From positions 17,858 through 81,857 of the forward strand of contig JBFMGK010000052.1 in the NCBI GenBank assembly GCA_040752575.1: DNA of 64,000 nucleotides. Direction: 5' to 3'. Every line of letters begins with the position of its first letter. Positions within the stretch are counted from its first letter, which is position 1. The translations under genes and the position numbers were made by a program. The notes below the pieces were generated by a model. It was given only the letters and a program-made list of their open reading frames with translations. It searched no databases and was not told the DNA's origin. This stretch comes from Candidatus Bipolaricaulota bacterium. Lineage in GTDB: Bacteria > Bipolaricaulota > Bipolaricaulia > UBA7950 > UBA9294. Positions 27,442 through 36,297 of the stretch are shown here, in pieces.

Positions 27442-28696
27442 GCGGGTCGTCGTCACCGGCGTCGGGCCCGTGACGCCGATCGGCGCCGGGAAAGACGCTT
27501 TCTGGGATGGTCTGCGCTCCGGGCGAAGCGGCGTGCGGCGGGTCGACGACCTCATCGACCTTGAGGGGATCGACGTCAAGATCGGCGCGCCGATTGTCGG
27601 GTTCGACCCCACGCAGTTCATCGACCCGAAGAAGGCACGTCGCATGGACCGTTCCATCCAGCTCGCGCTGGCCGCGTGCTCCCTCGCGCTGGCCGACGCG
27701 AACATCTCCTCCAGCGCGATCGACCCGTATCGAGCGGCGGTCGTCGCCGGCACGGGGATCGGCGGGATGGAGACGTTCGACGCGAACCTTCGAGAGATGC
27801 TATCCCGCGGCCCTCGCCGCGTGAGTCCTTTCTTCGTGACGAGCCTCATGCCGAATGCTATGGCGGGCGAGATCTCGATCGAGCACGGCTTCCGCGGCGT
27901 CAACCTCGGCGTGGTCTCGGCCTGCGCATCGAGTGCTCACGCCATCGGCCTGGCGGCGCACCTTGTCGCAACCGGCCTCGCCGACGTCGCTCTAGCCGGT
28001 GGAGCCGAGGCCGTCCTCCTGAGGATCACGTACGCGGGGTTCGCGCGCATCGGCGCCGTATCCCGGCGCAACGACGAGCCGGCGCGCGCTTCTCGACCTT
28101 TCGATCGGGATCGAGATGGGTTCGTGATGGGCGAGGGCGGGGGCTTCGTCGTCCTCGAAGCGGAGGAAGGCGCGACACGTCGCGGAGCCCACGTCTACGG
28201 CGAACTCGCCGGCTTCGGGATGACCGCCGACGCGAGTCACATCACAGCCCCGGCCGAGGACGGCGATGGGGCGCGCCGTGCGATTCTCCTCGCACTCGCT
28301 GCGGCGGGTCGGCAGCCGGAGGACGTGGACTACATCAACGCGCACGGAACCTCCACGGAAGCCAATGATCGCGTCGAGACACTGGCCATCCGCCGTGCCC
28401 TCGGCGATCACGCGGATCGAGTGCACGTGAGCGCCACGAAGTCGCAGATCGGCCATCTCCTGGGGGCCGCCGGCGGCGTGGAAGTCATCGCCACGCTCCT
28501 GGCCATGGAAAACTCGCTGATCCCCGCAACCCTCAACTACGAGGTTCCCGATCCGTCGTGCGACCTGAACTACACGCCGACGTCGGTGCGTCGGCCGATT
28601 CGCGTGGCCCTGTCGAACTCGTTCGGGTTCGGGGGCCAGAATGCCTGCCTCGTCTTCGTTCGCGAATCGGAGGGTTCCGCTAGAACTGGCGGATGA
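27434..28696 (+). CDS. fabF: Beta-ketoacyl-ACP synthase II
   Basis: RRVVVTGVG, SACASSAHAIG, YINAHGTST, KSQIGHLLGAAG, SNSFGFGGQNA. Confidence 0.96.
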   Translation: MSRRVVVTGVGPVTPIGAGKDAFWDGLRSGRSGVRRVDDLIDLEGIDVKIGAPIVGFDPTQFIDPKKARRMDRSIQLALAACSLALADANISSSAIDPYRAAVVAGTGIGGMETFDANLREMLSRGPRRVSPFFVTSLMPNAMAGEISIEHGFRGVNLGVVSACASSAHAIGLAAHLVATGLADVALAGGAEAVLLRITYAGFARIGAVSRRNDEPARASRPFDRDRDGFVMGEGGGFVVLEAEEGATRRGAHVYGELAGFGMTADASHITAPAEDGDGARRAILLALAAAGRQPEDVDYINAHGTSTEANDRVETLAIRRALGDHADRVHVSATKSQIGHLLGAAGGVEVIATLLAMENSLIPATLNYEVPDPSCDLNYTPTSVRRPIRVALSNSFGFGGQNACLVFVRESEGSARTGG

Positions 28697-29687
28697 ACCG
28701 AAGGTCGTTGGACAGGAAGGCGCGAATCTCGTCGATCCCGTACTTGAGCATCGCCATACGTTCGATGCCAAGCCCGAAAGCGAAGCCTGTCACCTTCTCG
28801 GGGTCGTAGCCGACGCCCTCGAGGACCGCGGGGTCGACCATGCCGGCTCCCATGATCTCGAGCCATCGCTCGGCACCGGGAGCGCGGATATGCACTTGAA
28901 CCGACGGTTCCGTGAACGGGAAGAAGTCGCCCGAAAAGCGCATGGCATAGCCGGGGCCAAAGAACTCGCGTGTGAACAGCTCGAGCACGTACTTGAGATG
29001 GGCGAGAGACAGGCCGGCTTCCACCCAAAGCAACTCGATCTGGTGGAACACGGGCGAGTGGGTCGCGTCCTGCGCGTCGCGGCGGTAGCATCGTCCCGGG
29101 CAGATGATGCGAACGGGAGGCTGCGTCGACTCCATCACGCGAATCTGCACAGGCGACGTGTGGGGTCGGAGCAGTGTCGTGTCGGTGATGTAGAACGTGT
29201 CCCAGTCAGCCCGGGCCGGATGGTCAGCCGGGATGTTCAACGCATCGAAATTGTAGTGCTCGGTCTCAATCTCGGGACCCGTTGCGATGTCGAATCCCAT
29301 TCGCAAGAAGATCGACTCGATGTCTCGTTGGACCCGCGTCAGGGGGTGAAGGTGCCCCAGCGGACGAACCGCGCCCGGCATCGTGACGTCGACCCTCTCG
29401 CGTTCGAGTCTTGCGCCTCGGTCCGCCGCCTCCGCCGCGGCTTGTCGCTCCCCGAGCCGTCGCTCGGCCTCGGACTTGACTGCGTTCAGAAGCTGACCGG
29501 CGTCGCTGCGGTCTCCGGGCGGCAAGGCGCCCAGGACCTTGAAGAGCTGAGCGATCCGACCTTTTCGTCCTAGAAACTCCACGCGCAGAGCCTCGAGCTG
29601 TTGTGGATTGCCTGCCTCGGCAAGGGCGATGCCTAAGGCGCCGTCCAGATCGGCAATCTCGCGCTTCAGGCTCTCCAGTGTGGCCAT
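28680..29687 (-). CDS. pheS: Phenylalanine--tRNA ligase alpha subunit
   Basis: NFDALNIPADHPAR, LLRPHTSPVQIR, DATHSPVFHQIE, FPFTEPS, GFAFGLGIER. Confidence 0.97.
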   Translation of the reverse strand: MATLESLKREIADLDGALGIALAEAGNPQQLEALRVEFLGRKGRIAQLFKVLGALPPGDRSDAGQLLNAVKSEAERRLGERQAAAEAADRGARLERERVDVTMPGAVRPLGHLHPLTRVQRDIESIFLRMGFDIATGPEIETEHYNFDALNIPADHPARADWDTFYITDTTLLRPHTSPVQIRVMESTQPPVRIICPGRCYRRDAQDATHSPVFHQIELLWVEAGLSLAHLKYVLELFTREFFGPGYAMRFSGDFFPFTEPSVQVHIRAPGAERWLEIMGAGMVDPAVLEGVGYDPEKVTGFAFGLGIERMAMLKYGIDEIRAFLSNDLRFIRQF

Positions 29688-29718
29688 TTGGCGCGGAGTA
29701 TAACGGTCGCTTCTCCCA

Positions 29719-29746
29719 TTGACAAGTGGGTTTCCGCGTGTAGTCT
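29719..29746 (+). promoter_or_regulatory. Sigma70-type promoter for the Xaa-Pro peptidase operon
   Basis: TTGACA-N16-TAGTCT. Confidence 0.55.
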
Positions 29747-29799
29747 CAAGAGGAGCGAGGTGGCCCGCCCGAGCGAGGCAGCCTCGGGAAGGGGAAACC

Positions 29800-30903
29800 G
29801 TGGACCAGGAGCAGGCAGTCTGTGGCCGCCGGCGGAACGCTCTCCTCGAGAGCCTCGGCGGCAAGGCCTTCGTGGCCTACAACTACGAGCACTCGGACAG
29901 GGCAACCCTCCGGTACTTGACAGGGTTCACGGGCGAGGGGGCGCTGGTCCTCGCGCCCCGCAGCGCGGTCTTGCTCACGGATTCCCGCTACACCGAGCAA
30001 GCGCGCGGCGAGGTGGGCGACGTCGAGGTCGTGGAGAGCCGTGAGTGGATGGCCAAGGATCTTGCCACGACGCTGTTGGCCAGAGAACTCGACACCGTCG
30101 TCTTCGCGGCGCGCCGCGTGACCTACAGCTGGTTCGACACGCTGCGAAAGCTGGGTTCGTTCACCCTGTTCGACATGCCCGACCCTACGCTGGAGCTCCG
30201 CGCCGTGAAGTCCGAAGAAGAAGTGGGTGTGCTGCGTCAAGCGGCACGGTTGGCCGATGAGGCCTTGCGGGCTCTGCTCCCCGAGATTCGCGTCGGGGCG
30301 AACGAGGCCGACCTCGCGTTGCGACTCGAGGGCCTGCTGCGTGCAGCCGGCTCGGAGGGTGTCGCCTTTGAGACGAACGTGTCCGCGGGGCCCAACTCGG
30401 CCCTCAATCACTACAATCCCTCTCTGGGTCGGCGAGAACTCCAACGCGGGGACCTCTTGCTATTCGACTTCGGCGCCTGTGTCGGCGGCTATCGCTCCGA
30501 CCTGACTCGGACGTTCTGCGTGGGCAGAGCATCGCGCCAGGCAGCGGAGATCTACGACGTTGTGCTGCGCGCCAACGAAGCGGGGATCCGTGCCGTGACC
30601 GCCGGTGCGCCGGGCGTTGCGGTGGATACCGCGGCGCGTCAAGTGATCGTCGACGCCGGGTTTGGCGAACGCTTCGGTCACGGACTTGGGCACGGAGTCG
30701 GGCTCGAGGTTCACGAGCGGCCGGCGCTGGGGCCGTTTAGCAAGGACGTGCTGTCGGCCGGGATGGTGACGACTGTGGAACCGGGCATCTACATCCCCGG
30801 CTTCGGCGGCGTTCGGATTGAGGACGACGTGGTCGTCACGGCGACCGGGTGCGAAGTTCTCACCTCGTTCCCCAAGGATCGCCTGCTGGAGGTGGGCACG
30901 TGA
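29800..30903 (+). CDS. Xaa-Pro aminopeptidase (M24 family)
   Basis: YLTGFTG, TDSRY, DFGA..GYRSDLTRT, HGLGHGVGLEVHE, TVEPGIY, GVRIEDD. Confidence 0.93.
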   Translation: MDQEQAVCGRRRNALLESLGGKAFVAYNYEHSDRATLRYLTGFTGEGALVLAPRSAVLLTDSRYTEQARGEVGDVEVVESREWMAKDLATTLLARELDTVVFAARRVTYSWFDTLRKLGSFTLFDMPDPTLELRAVKSEEEVGVLRQAARLADEALRALLPEIRVGANEADLALRLEGLLRAAGSEGVAFETNVSAGPNSALNHYNPSLGRRELQRGDLLLFDFGACVGGYRSDLTRTFCVGRASRQAAEIYDVVLRANEAGIRAVTAGAPGVAVDTAARQVIVDAGFGERFGHGLGHGVGLEVHERPALGPFSKDVLSAGMVTTVEPGIYIPGFGGVRIEDDVVVTATGCEVLTSFPKDRLLEVGT

Positions 30904-31838
30904 GGCGGGGCGGGTCCGCGCTTGCGATCGTGGTGTGGCTCTTGGCCGCGGCGGGCTGCGGCCTCTTCGCTCCCGATCCCGCGGCGGAGTTCGACGTCTC
31001 TCCTCTCGTTGCCTATTCAGGAGATCGGGTGACGCTTGATGCCTCGCCGTCTCGCGGCACGCTCGTCGACTACCGCTGGGAGGTCAACGGTATCCGCGCG
31101 AGCGGTCGGCAGACGACGCTTACGTTGGAGCGTCCGGGCATCTACCCTGCGGTCCTGACGGTTGAAGACGGACGAGGCCGGACGGCAACCGTCGAACAGG
31201 AGATCGTCATCTACGCGCGGAGCGGCACGAGAATCTGGACCGAGACCTTCAGCGACGGGACCGCGGCGCTCGGTCGCTGGCCGCTTGACCCGACCTGGGC
31301 TGTTCCCGGGCAGAGCACGGTGGAGCAGATCTCCGGGCCGCAGGGCTACGTCTTGGCGGTCGCGAGCTCCGGGCCGAACTACCACCGCCGCAGCGCGCAC
31401 GTCGAGGTACCTCCGCTTCGCGTTGGGCAGCATCTCACGATCGAGGCGCGAATCATGGTCCTGCAGGTCCAGGAACACCAGACGATGCTCTTCGCGCCGG
31501 CTCGCTCCGACCTTGCCCTGCCACCGTCGGGTTTCCCGTACTACGTCCTCTCGACGGACTACGGGGGATCGGCGATCCGCGAACCCACGACGGCCGGCGG
31601 GGTCGAAGCCGCACACCCCGTAGCCTTCTTGCCGGAGATCTACGTTTGGCACACCTACGCCATGGACGTTTCGCCAACCGGCTACCGATTCCGCGTCGAT
31701 GGCTCGGTCCTGCTCGAGGGCCCGTGGGAAGCCGAACTCGCGCGCGGCGGCGTTTGGTGGATCGTCCTCGGCGACGAGAGCCTGACGGAAGAGTGTCGGG
31801 CGCACTACGACGACGTAGTCGTCTCGGTTCAGGAGTAG
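30900..31838 (+). CDS. PKD-domain lipoprotein
   Basis: Lipobox LAAAGC; PKD motifs VTLDASPS, YRW, PGIYPAVLTVEDGRG; concanavalin-like C-terminus (WHTY..FRVDG). Confidence 0.75.
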   Translation: MRRGGSALAIVVWLLAAAGCGLFAPDPAAEFDVSPLVAYSGDRVTLDASPSRGTLVDYRWEVNGIRASGRQTTLTLERPGIYPAVLTVEDGRGRTATVEQEIVIYARSGTRIWTETFSDGTAALGRWPLDPTWAVPGQSTVEQISGPQGYVLAVASSGPNYHRRSAHVEVPPLRVGQHLTIEARIMVLQVQEHQTMLFAPARSDLALPPSGFPYYVLSTDYGGSAIREPTTAGGVEAAHPVAFLPEIYVWHTYAMDVSPTGYRFRVDGSVLLEGPWEAELARGGVWWIVLGDESLTEECRAHYDDVVVSVQE

Positions 31839-31877
31839 TCGATCCGCCGGTCGGGCTCGGGAAAGGGGGGAGGCGCC

Positions 31878-32366
31878 GTGGTCGGGCTGTTGACGCTCGT
31901 CGCCATGTGGTTTTCCCTTACCCGTTCCGCGGAGCCTCTCTCTTTCCTCGTCGCGGCCTGCTTGGCACTTGGCGCGATGGGCGCGAGCCGCTGGGTTCTG
32001 CCGAGAACCGAAGGTCTGGGATCTCTCGTCCTGCGTCGGCCGCACCGTGCAATAGCTTTCCTGGTTGGCCTTGTCTGGCAGATCGCCCGTTCCACGCTCT
32101 ACACGTGCCGCGTGATCCTCTTCCGCCGAGAGGAGGGAAGGATCGTCGCGCTGCCGACGGCCTTGCACGGCCCCCTGGCTCAGTTCCTCCTCTCGCATGC
32201 GGTCACGTTGACCCCGTCAACGATCAGCCTCCTCGTCGAGGAAGATCTGGTCTACATCCACTGGCTGGGCGTCGAGGGTCATCCGGGAGACCTGTCCGGC
32301 GTGAAGGAACCCCTCGAGCGGCTGCTAGCTCGGTGGACTGGAGGGCAGGCCGATGCCCGTCCTTGA
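31878..32366 (+). CDS. mnhE: Mrp/Mbh antiporter subunit E (MbhA-like)
   Basis: LLSHAVTLTPSTISL, LVYIHWL. Confidence 0.85.
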   Translation: MVGLLTLVAMWFSLTRSAEPLSFLVAACLALGAMGASRWVLPRTEGLGSLVLRRPHRAIAFLVGLVWQIARSTLYTCRVILFRREEGRIVALPTALHGPLAQFLLSHAVTLTPSTISLLVEEDLVYIHWLGVEGHPGDLSGVKEPLERLLARWTGGQADARP

Positions 32367-32607
32367 GGGGATCCTCCTTGCCTCGCTGGCGCTCGTTCTC
32401 GTGCGGCTGGCGTTCGGCCCCAGCCCCTGGGACCGCCTCATGGCCGCGAACTCGGCGTCGACCCGCGTCGTCCTGTTGATCTGCGTCGCCGCGGTGCTCC
32501 TGGAACGTCCGGCGCTTCTGGACGTGGCCCTGGTCTACGCCGCGCTCAGTTTCCTCGGCGTCGTGATCATGGCTCGCACCCTAGAGCGGCCGGGAGGGAC
32601 GCGATGA
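32353..32607 (+). CDS. mnhF: Mrp/Mbh antiporter subunit F (MbhB-like)
   Basis: GPSPWDRLMAAN, LDVALVYAALSFLG. Confidence 0.88.
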   Translation: MPVLEGILLASLALVLVRLAFGPSPWDRLMAANSASTRVVLLICVAAVLLERPALLDVALVYAALSFLGVVIMARTLERPGGTR

Positions 32608-32891
32608 CGGCCTGGGTGCTGATGGGCCTTGGAGCCGGTCTTGTTGTCGTCGGTACGGTCGGCGCTCTCAGGTTCCGCGACGTCTACTCGCGGCTCCAGG
32701 CAAGCGGCGTCGCGGACACCACCGGCGCAGCCGTGCTTCTGCTCGGCCTCATCGTCCACGGGGGACTTCAGCGAGAAGACGCGACGCTCGCACTTCTGCT
32801 CGTCGTCCTCCTTGCGACAAGCCCCATCGCAACGCACAGCATCGCCAAGAGCGCGTTCACGCAGCGTCATGGCAGCGAGGGGGGACCTTGA
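32604..32891 (+). CDS. mnhG: Mrp/Mbh antiporter subunit G (MbhC-like)
   Basis: GALRFRDVYSRLQASG, TSPIATHSIAK. Confidence 0.88.
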   Translation: MTAWVLMGLGAGLVVVGTVGALRFRDVYSRLQASGVADTTGAAVLLLGLIVHGGLQREDATLALLLVVLLATSPIATHSIAKSAFTQRHGSEGGP

Positions 32892-33670
32892 ACGGCGTGA
32901 CCGCCCTTCTGATCCTCCTCGTTCTGGTCGCAGGTTTTGCGCTCGTTCAGCGGCGTCGGCTGTTCGCGATCCTCGGCATGTCCGTGTTCAGCCTTCTTCT
33001 CTCCGCCGTGTTCCTTCTCGCCTCGGCTCCCGACGTCGCGATTACCGAGGCCGCGATTGGCGCTGCCCTCGGAACGTTCGTGTACGTGCTGGCCATCCGC
33101 AAGACGGGACGTCTCATGGTCGCCGCCAACGACGTCCCCGGCCTCCTGCACGAGGAGACGGGCGTGCTCTCGGGATTCGAGGTCGACGTTCTGCGGCGCG
33201 TGGCCGCGGCCAGTGGCCTGGAACTGGTCGTTGGGCTGATGTCGCGCGACGAGGTCGAAGACGCCGTCCGACGAGGCGAGGCCGACGTTGCCGCCGGCGG
33301 CATCGTCGAGAGCCCTGATGCCCAGCCTGATCTCCTGGCGACGGAGCCCCACCTTGCCACGGCCCAGTTCACAGTCCGCACTCCATCTGCACAAGGGCCT
33401 TCCGCCATCTTCCGCGGCGAGGTTGGCGATCTCATCGATGCCGTGCGCGGGGGCGACGAGGTGGCTGTAGACCTCGATCTGGCGCGGCTGCTTGCGCTCT
33501 CCCGCGCGACGCCGCGTCAACTGGAGGTCGCTAGGCGAGACGGGACCGCGGGCTACGTGTTCCTTGTGGCCGGCGAGCGGGGGGATCTGCTGCAGCGCGT
33601 CAACGCGGAGATCGACCGCATGCGACGGGCGGGAGAACTCGACGAGATCGCGCGGAGGCACCTGTCATGA
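32888..33670 (+). CDS. DUF4040/MbhD-like Mrp subunit fused to a family-3 solute-binding domain
   Basis: APDVAITEAAIG (DUF4040), then GRLMVA..LSGFEVDVLRRVA..GEADVAAGG..LLQRVNAEIDRMRRAGELDEI. Confidence 0.8.
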   Translation: MNGVTALLILLVLVAGFALVQRRRLFAILGMSVFSLLLSAVFLLASAPDVAITEAAIGAALGTFVYVLAIRKTGRLMVAANDVPGLLHEETGVLSGFEVDVLRRVAAASGLELVVGLMSRDEVEDAVRRGEADVAAGGIVESPDAQPDLLATEPHLATAQFTVRTPSAQGPSAIFRGEVGDLIDAVRGGDEVAVDLDLARLLALSRATPRQLEVARRDGTAGYVFLVAGERGDLLQRVNAEIDRMRRAGELDEIARRHLS

Positions 33671-34374
33671 CGTGGCGTCGCGCGATGCCGTGGGCGGCCG
33701 TCGCCGTCGTCGCCGCGTTCTGCGGCCTGGTGCTCAGCCAGTTCGGTCTAGGGCAGGAGAGGGCATCCGACGCGGAGCTGTGGATGCGCGCTGCGGCATC
33801 CCTCGGTGCACGGAACGTCGTCTCGGCGATCATCCTCGGCGTTCGTCTCCTGGACACCCTGGTTGAGGTCATCGTCTTCACGGTTGCCGTTCTCGGCGTT
33901 CGCTATTTCCTCAAGATCCAGGAAGAGTCGACGAAGGCCGGCGAAGAGATTCCGGAGTCGCCTCTCGTCGCGGCATCGTCGGCCATCCTTCTGCCAGGCA
34001 TTCTTATGTTGGGTGCGTACGTCACGGTCTGCGGGCACCTATCGCCGGGAGGGGGATTCAGCGGGGGAGCGATCGCCGCGTCGGCGCTTCTGTTGGCTGC
34101 TGCATCTCTGGGCGCGGAACGGGTCAGCGCGCGGTTCGCCGAGTCGAGGTTCGAACGCGTCGAATGGGGCGCTCTTGCGATCCTTCTCCTCGTGACCCTC
34201 GCGCCAGCTTTGCTCGGCCGAGCCGTCACGACGGACCTCCTCCCCGCAGGCGTCCGCGGGAACCTTGCGAGCGGGGGCACGATTCTTCCGTACAACGTTC
34301 TGATCTCGGTCAAGGTGTTCTTGGGATCGTGGGTGATCGTGCACCACTTCCTGCGGCATCGGGGGGAGATCTAG
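33667..34374 (+). CDS. mnhB: Mrp subunit B (MbhE+MbhF-like)
   Basis: NVVSAIILGVRLLDTLVEV and GHLSPGGGFSGG. Confidence 0.88.
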   Translation: MTWRRAMPWAAVAVVAAFCGLVLSQFGLGQERASDAELWMRAAASLGARNVVSAIILGVRLLDTLVEVIVFTVAVLGVRYFLKIQEESTKAGEEIPESPLVAASSAILLPGILMLGAYVTVCGHLSPGGGFSGGAIAASALLLAAASLGAERVSARFAESRFERVEWGALAILLLVTLAPALLGRAVTTDLLPAGVRGNLASGGTILPYNVLISVKVFLGSWVIVHHFLRHRGEI

Positions 34375-34733
34375 TGGTCGGCTGGCAGGGAGTAGCAGCG
34401 GCGATCGTTCTGTTCGGCATAGGGACGCTCGGTCTCATCCTGCGCCGCGACCTCGTGGTCAAACTTCTCGCGCTGGGGCTCGTGAACTCGAGTGTCATCC
34501 TGGCGCTCGTCTCGCTTCGCGCACGGCCGAACCTCGTGCCGCCGCTTCTTGACGGACCTACCCCCCAGGCTCTTGCAGACCCTCTTCCACAAGGTCTTGT
34601 CTTGTCGGCGATCGTCATCAATTTTGCGGTTCTGGCTGTGGCCCTTGTGTTTGTGATGCGACTGGTCGAGCGCTATCACACAACGGACTCGACGCGATTG
34701 GAGCGCCGGACGCACGACGAGGAGGAATCCTGA
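34374..34733 (+). CDS. mnhC: Mrp subunit C (MbhG-like)
   Basis: RDLVVKLLALG, DPLPQGLVLSAIVI. Confidence 0.88.
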   Translation: MVGWQGVAAAIVLFGIGTLGLILRRDLVVKLLALGLVNSSVILALVSLRARPNLVPPLLDGPTPQALADPLPQGLVLSAIVINFAVLAVALVFVMRLVERYHTTDSTRLERRTHDEEES

Positions 34734-36265
34734 CCGCGCTAATCCTGCCTCTGGCCCGCTTCCTGTTTGGTGCCCTGTCGATTGTCTTCGCCCCGGCGCG
34801 ACGAGCCCTGCTCGTCTTGGCCTGCCTGTGCGACGTCGCGCTGATCGCTCAGCTGTGCACCGTGTTGCGCGGCGGTAGCTGTGCGGTCACGTTCGGCGAG
34901 TGGGGGTCGGGCCTCGGCATCACGTTCGCCATCGACATCACGAGCCTGGTCTTCGCCGCACTCGGTTTGGCGCTCTCGCTGGCCGTGACCCTCTACACCT
35001 GGCGCGAGGACGTGCGGCCGGCTTCGGCGGCGTTGTTTCACTTTCTGATTGGGGCATGTTACGGGATCTCGTTCACCAAGGACCTCTTCAACGCATACGT
35101 TCTGTTCGAGCTGGTGACCGTGTCGAGCTACCTGCTTGTGGGCACCGACCGACGACCTCGCCAGATCTGGGCCGGGCTTCGCTACCTGATCTTCTCGTCG
35201 TTCGGGATGAGCGTCTTCTTGCTGGGCATCGCCGTGGTTTACGCGCACGTGGGGTCGCTCGACCTCGATGTCGTCGCCGCCGCCGTGTCCGCCTCCGCCG
35301 GCGCATCCTGGGTCCGTCTTGCGTCGGCCCTGCTCGTCGGAGGCGTCGCCGTCAAGGCAGGGGTGTTTCTGTTCTCGCTGTGGTTGCCACTCGCCCACTC
35401 TCAGGCCCCACCTGCCGTCTCGGCCCTCTTGTCGGGACTTGTCGTCAAGATGGGCGTGGTCGAGCTCTATCGGCTCTCGGCAGCGTTTCCCATCGGCTTC
35501 GCGCTGACTGTCTTGGGCGTTGCGACGGCGGTCTTGGGGATCGCCTACGCGGTGTGGGCATCGGACCTCAAGAAGATGCTCGCCTTCCACACGCTCTCCC
35601 AGATCGGCTATCTGCTCATCGGGTTCGGCACGGGGAGCGAGGCCGCGCGGTACGGCGCGCTCGACTACGCGGTGGCCCATGGCCTGTTCAAGGCCCTTCT
35701 CTTCCTTGCCGCGGGCGACGCGGCGGCGGCTGTGGGGTCGTCGCGAATCGATCGGCTCGTTGAGGGACGCGACCAGTTGGGAGGCGCGACCCGTGCCGCC
35801 ATAGGACTTGCCACGCTGGCCATCCTGGGCGTCCCGCCGTTCGCTGGCTATGCGGCCAAGGCCGTCCTCGAGTCGGGAATCGCTTCGGTTCCCCTACGCG
35901 TCTGCGTCTTCCTCATCTCTGCCGGGACTGCGGTCTCATTTGCCAAGCTCTGGCCCGTTGTGGCGGGGAGTCCGAGAGGTAGGACGGCGCGTCCGCGGGC
36001 CGCCGCCTACGCGTTCCTTGGCACCGCGGTGATCCTATTCCTACCCATCTCCCGGGCCATGGAACCCGTCAGCGTGTGGTCGGCCACCCTCCACCTGCCT
36101 GCCATGGCCGAAGCGTTCGCCGCGTCGCTTCTGGGAACGGCCGGCTATCGATGGATCCGGCGGCATGCCCCGCGTCTTCCCGAGAGGATCTTCTTCCTCG
36201 AAGAGGGCATTCTTGCCGTCCTCGTCGGCATCTTCCTGATCTATGCACTCCTGGGCGGCTCGTGA
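34730..36265 (+). CDS. mnhD: Mrp subunit D (MbhH-like proton-translocating subunit)
   Basis: DLFNAYVLFEL, WLPLAHSQAP, LSGLVVKMG, DLKKMLAFHTLSQIGY, HGLFKALLF; probable CTG start at 34730 after GAGGAGG. Confidence 0.9.
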   Translation: MTALILPLARFLFGALSIVFAPARRALLVLACLCDVALIAQLCTVLRGGSCAVTFGEWGSGLGITFAIDITSLVFAALGLALSLAVTLYTWREDVRPASAALFHFLIGACYGISFTKDLFNAYVLFELVTVSSYLLVGTDRRPRQIWAGLRYLIFSSFGMSVFLLGIAVVYAHVGSLDLDVVAAAVSASAGASWVRLASALLVGGVAVKAGVFLFSLWLPLAHSQAPPAVSALLSGLVVKMGVVELYRLSAAFPIGFALTVLGVATAVLGIAYAVWASDLKKMLAFHTLSQIGYLLIGFGTGSEAARYGALDYAVAHGLFKALLFLAAGDAAAAVGSSRIDRLVEGRDQLGGATRAAIGLATLAILGVPPFAGYAAKAVLESGIASVPLRVCVFLISAGTAVSFAKLWPVVAGSPRGRTARPRAAAYAFLGTAVILFLPISRAMEPVSVWSATLHLPAMAEAFAASLLGTAGYRWIRRHAPRLPERIFFLEEGILAVLVGIFLIYALLGGS

Positions 36266-36297
36266 CCTGCTCACGGGTCTGGGATACGCTTGCGAAC

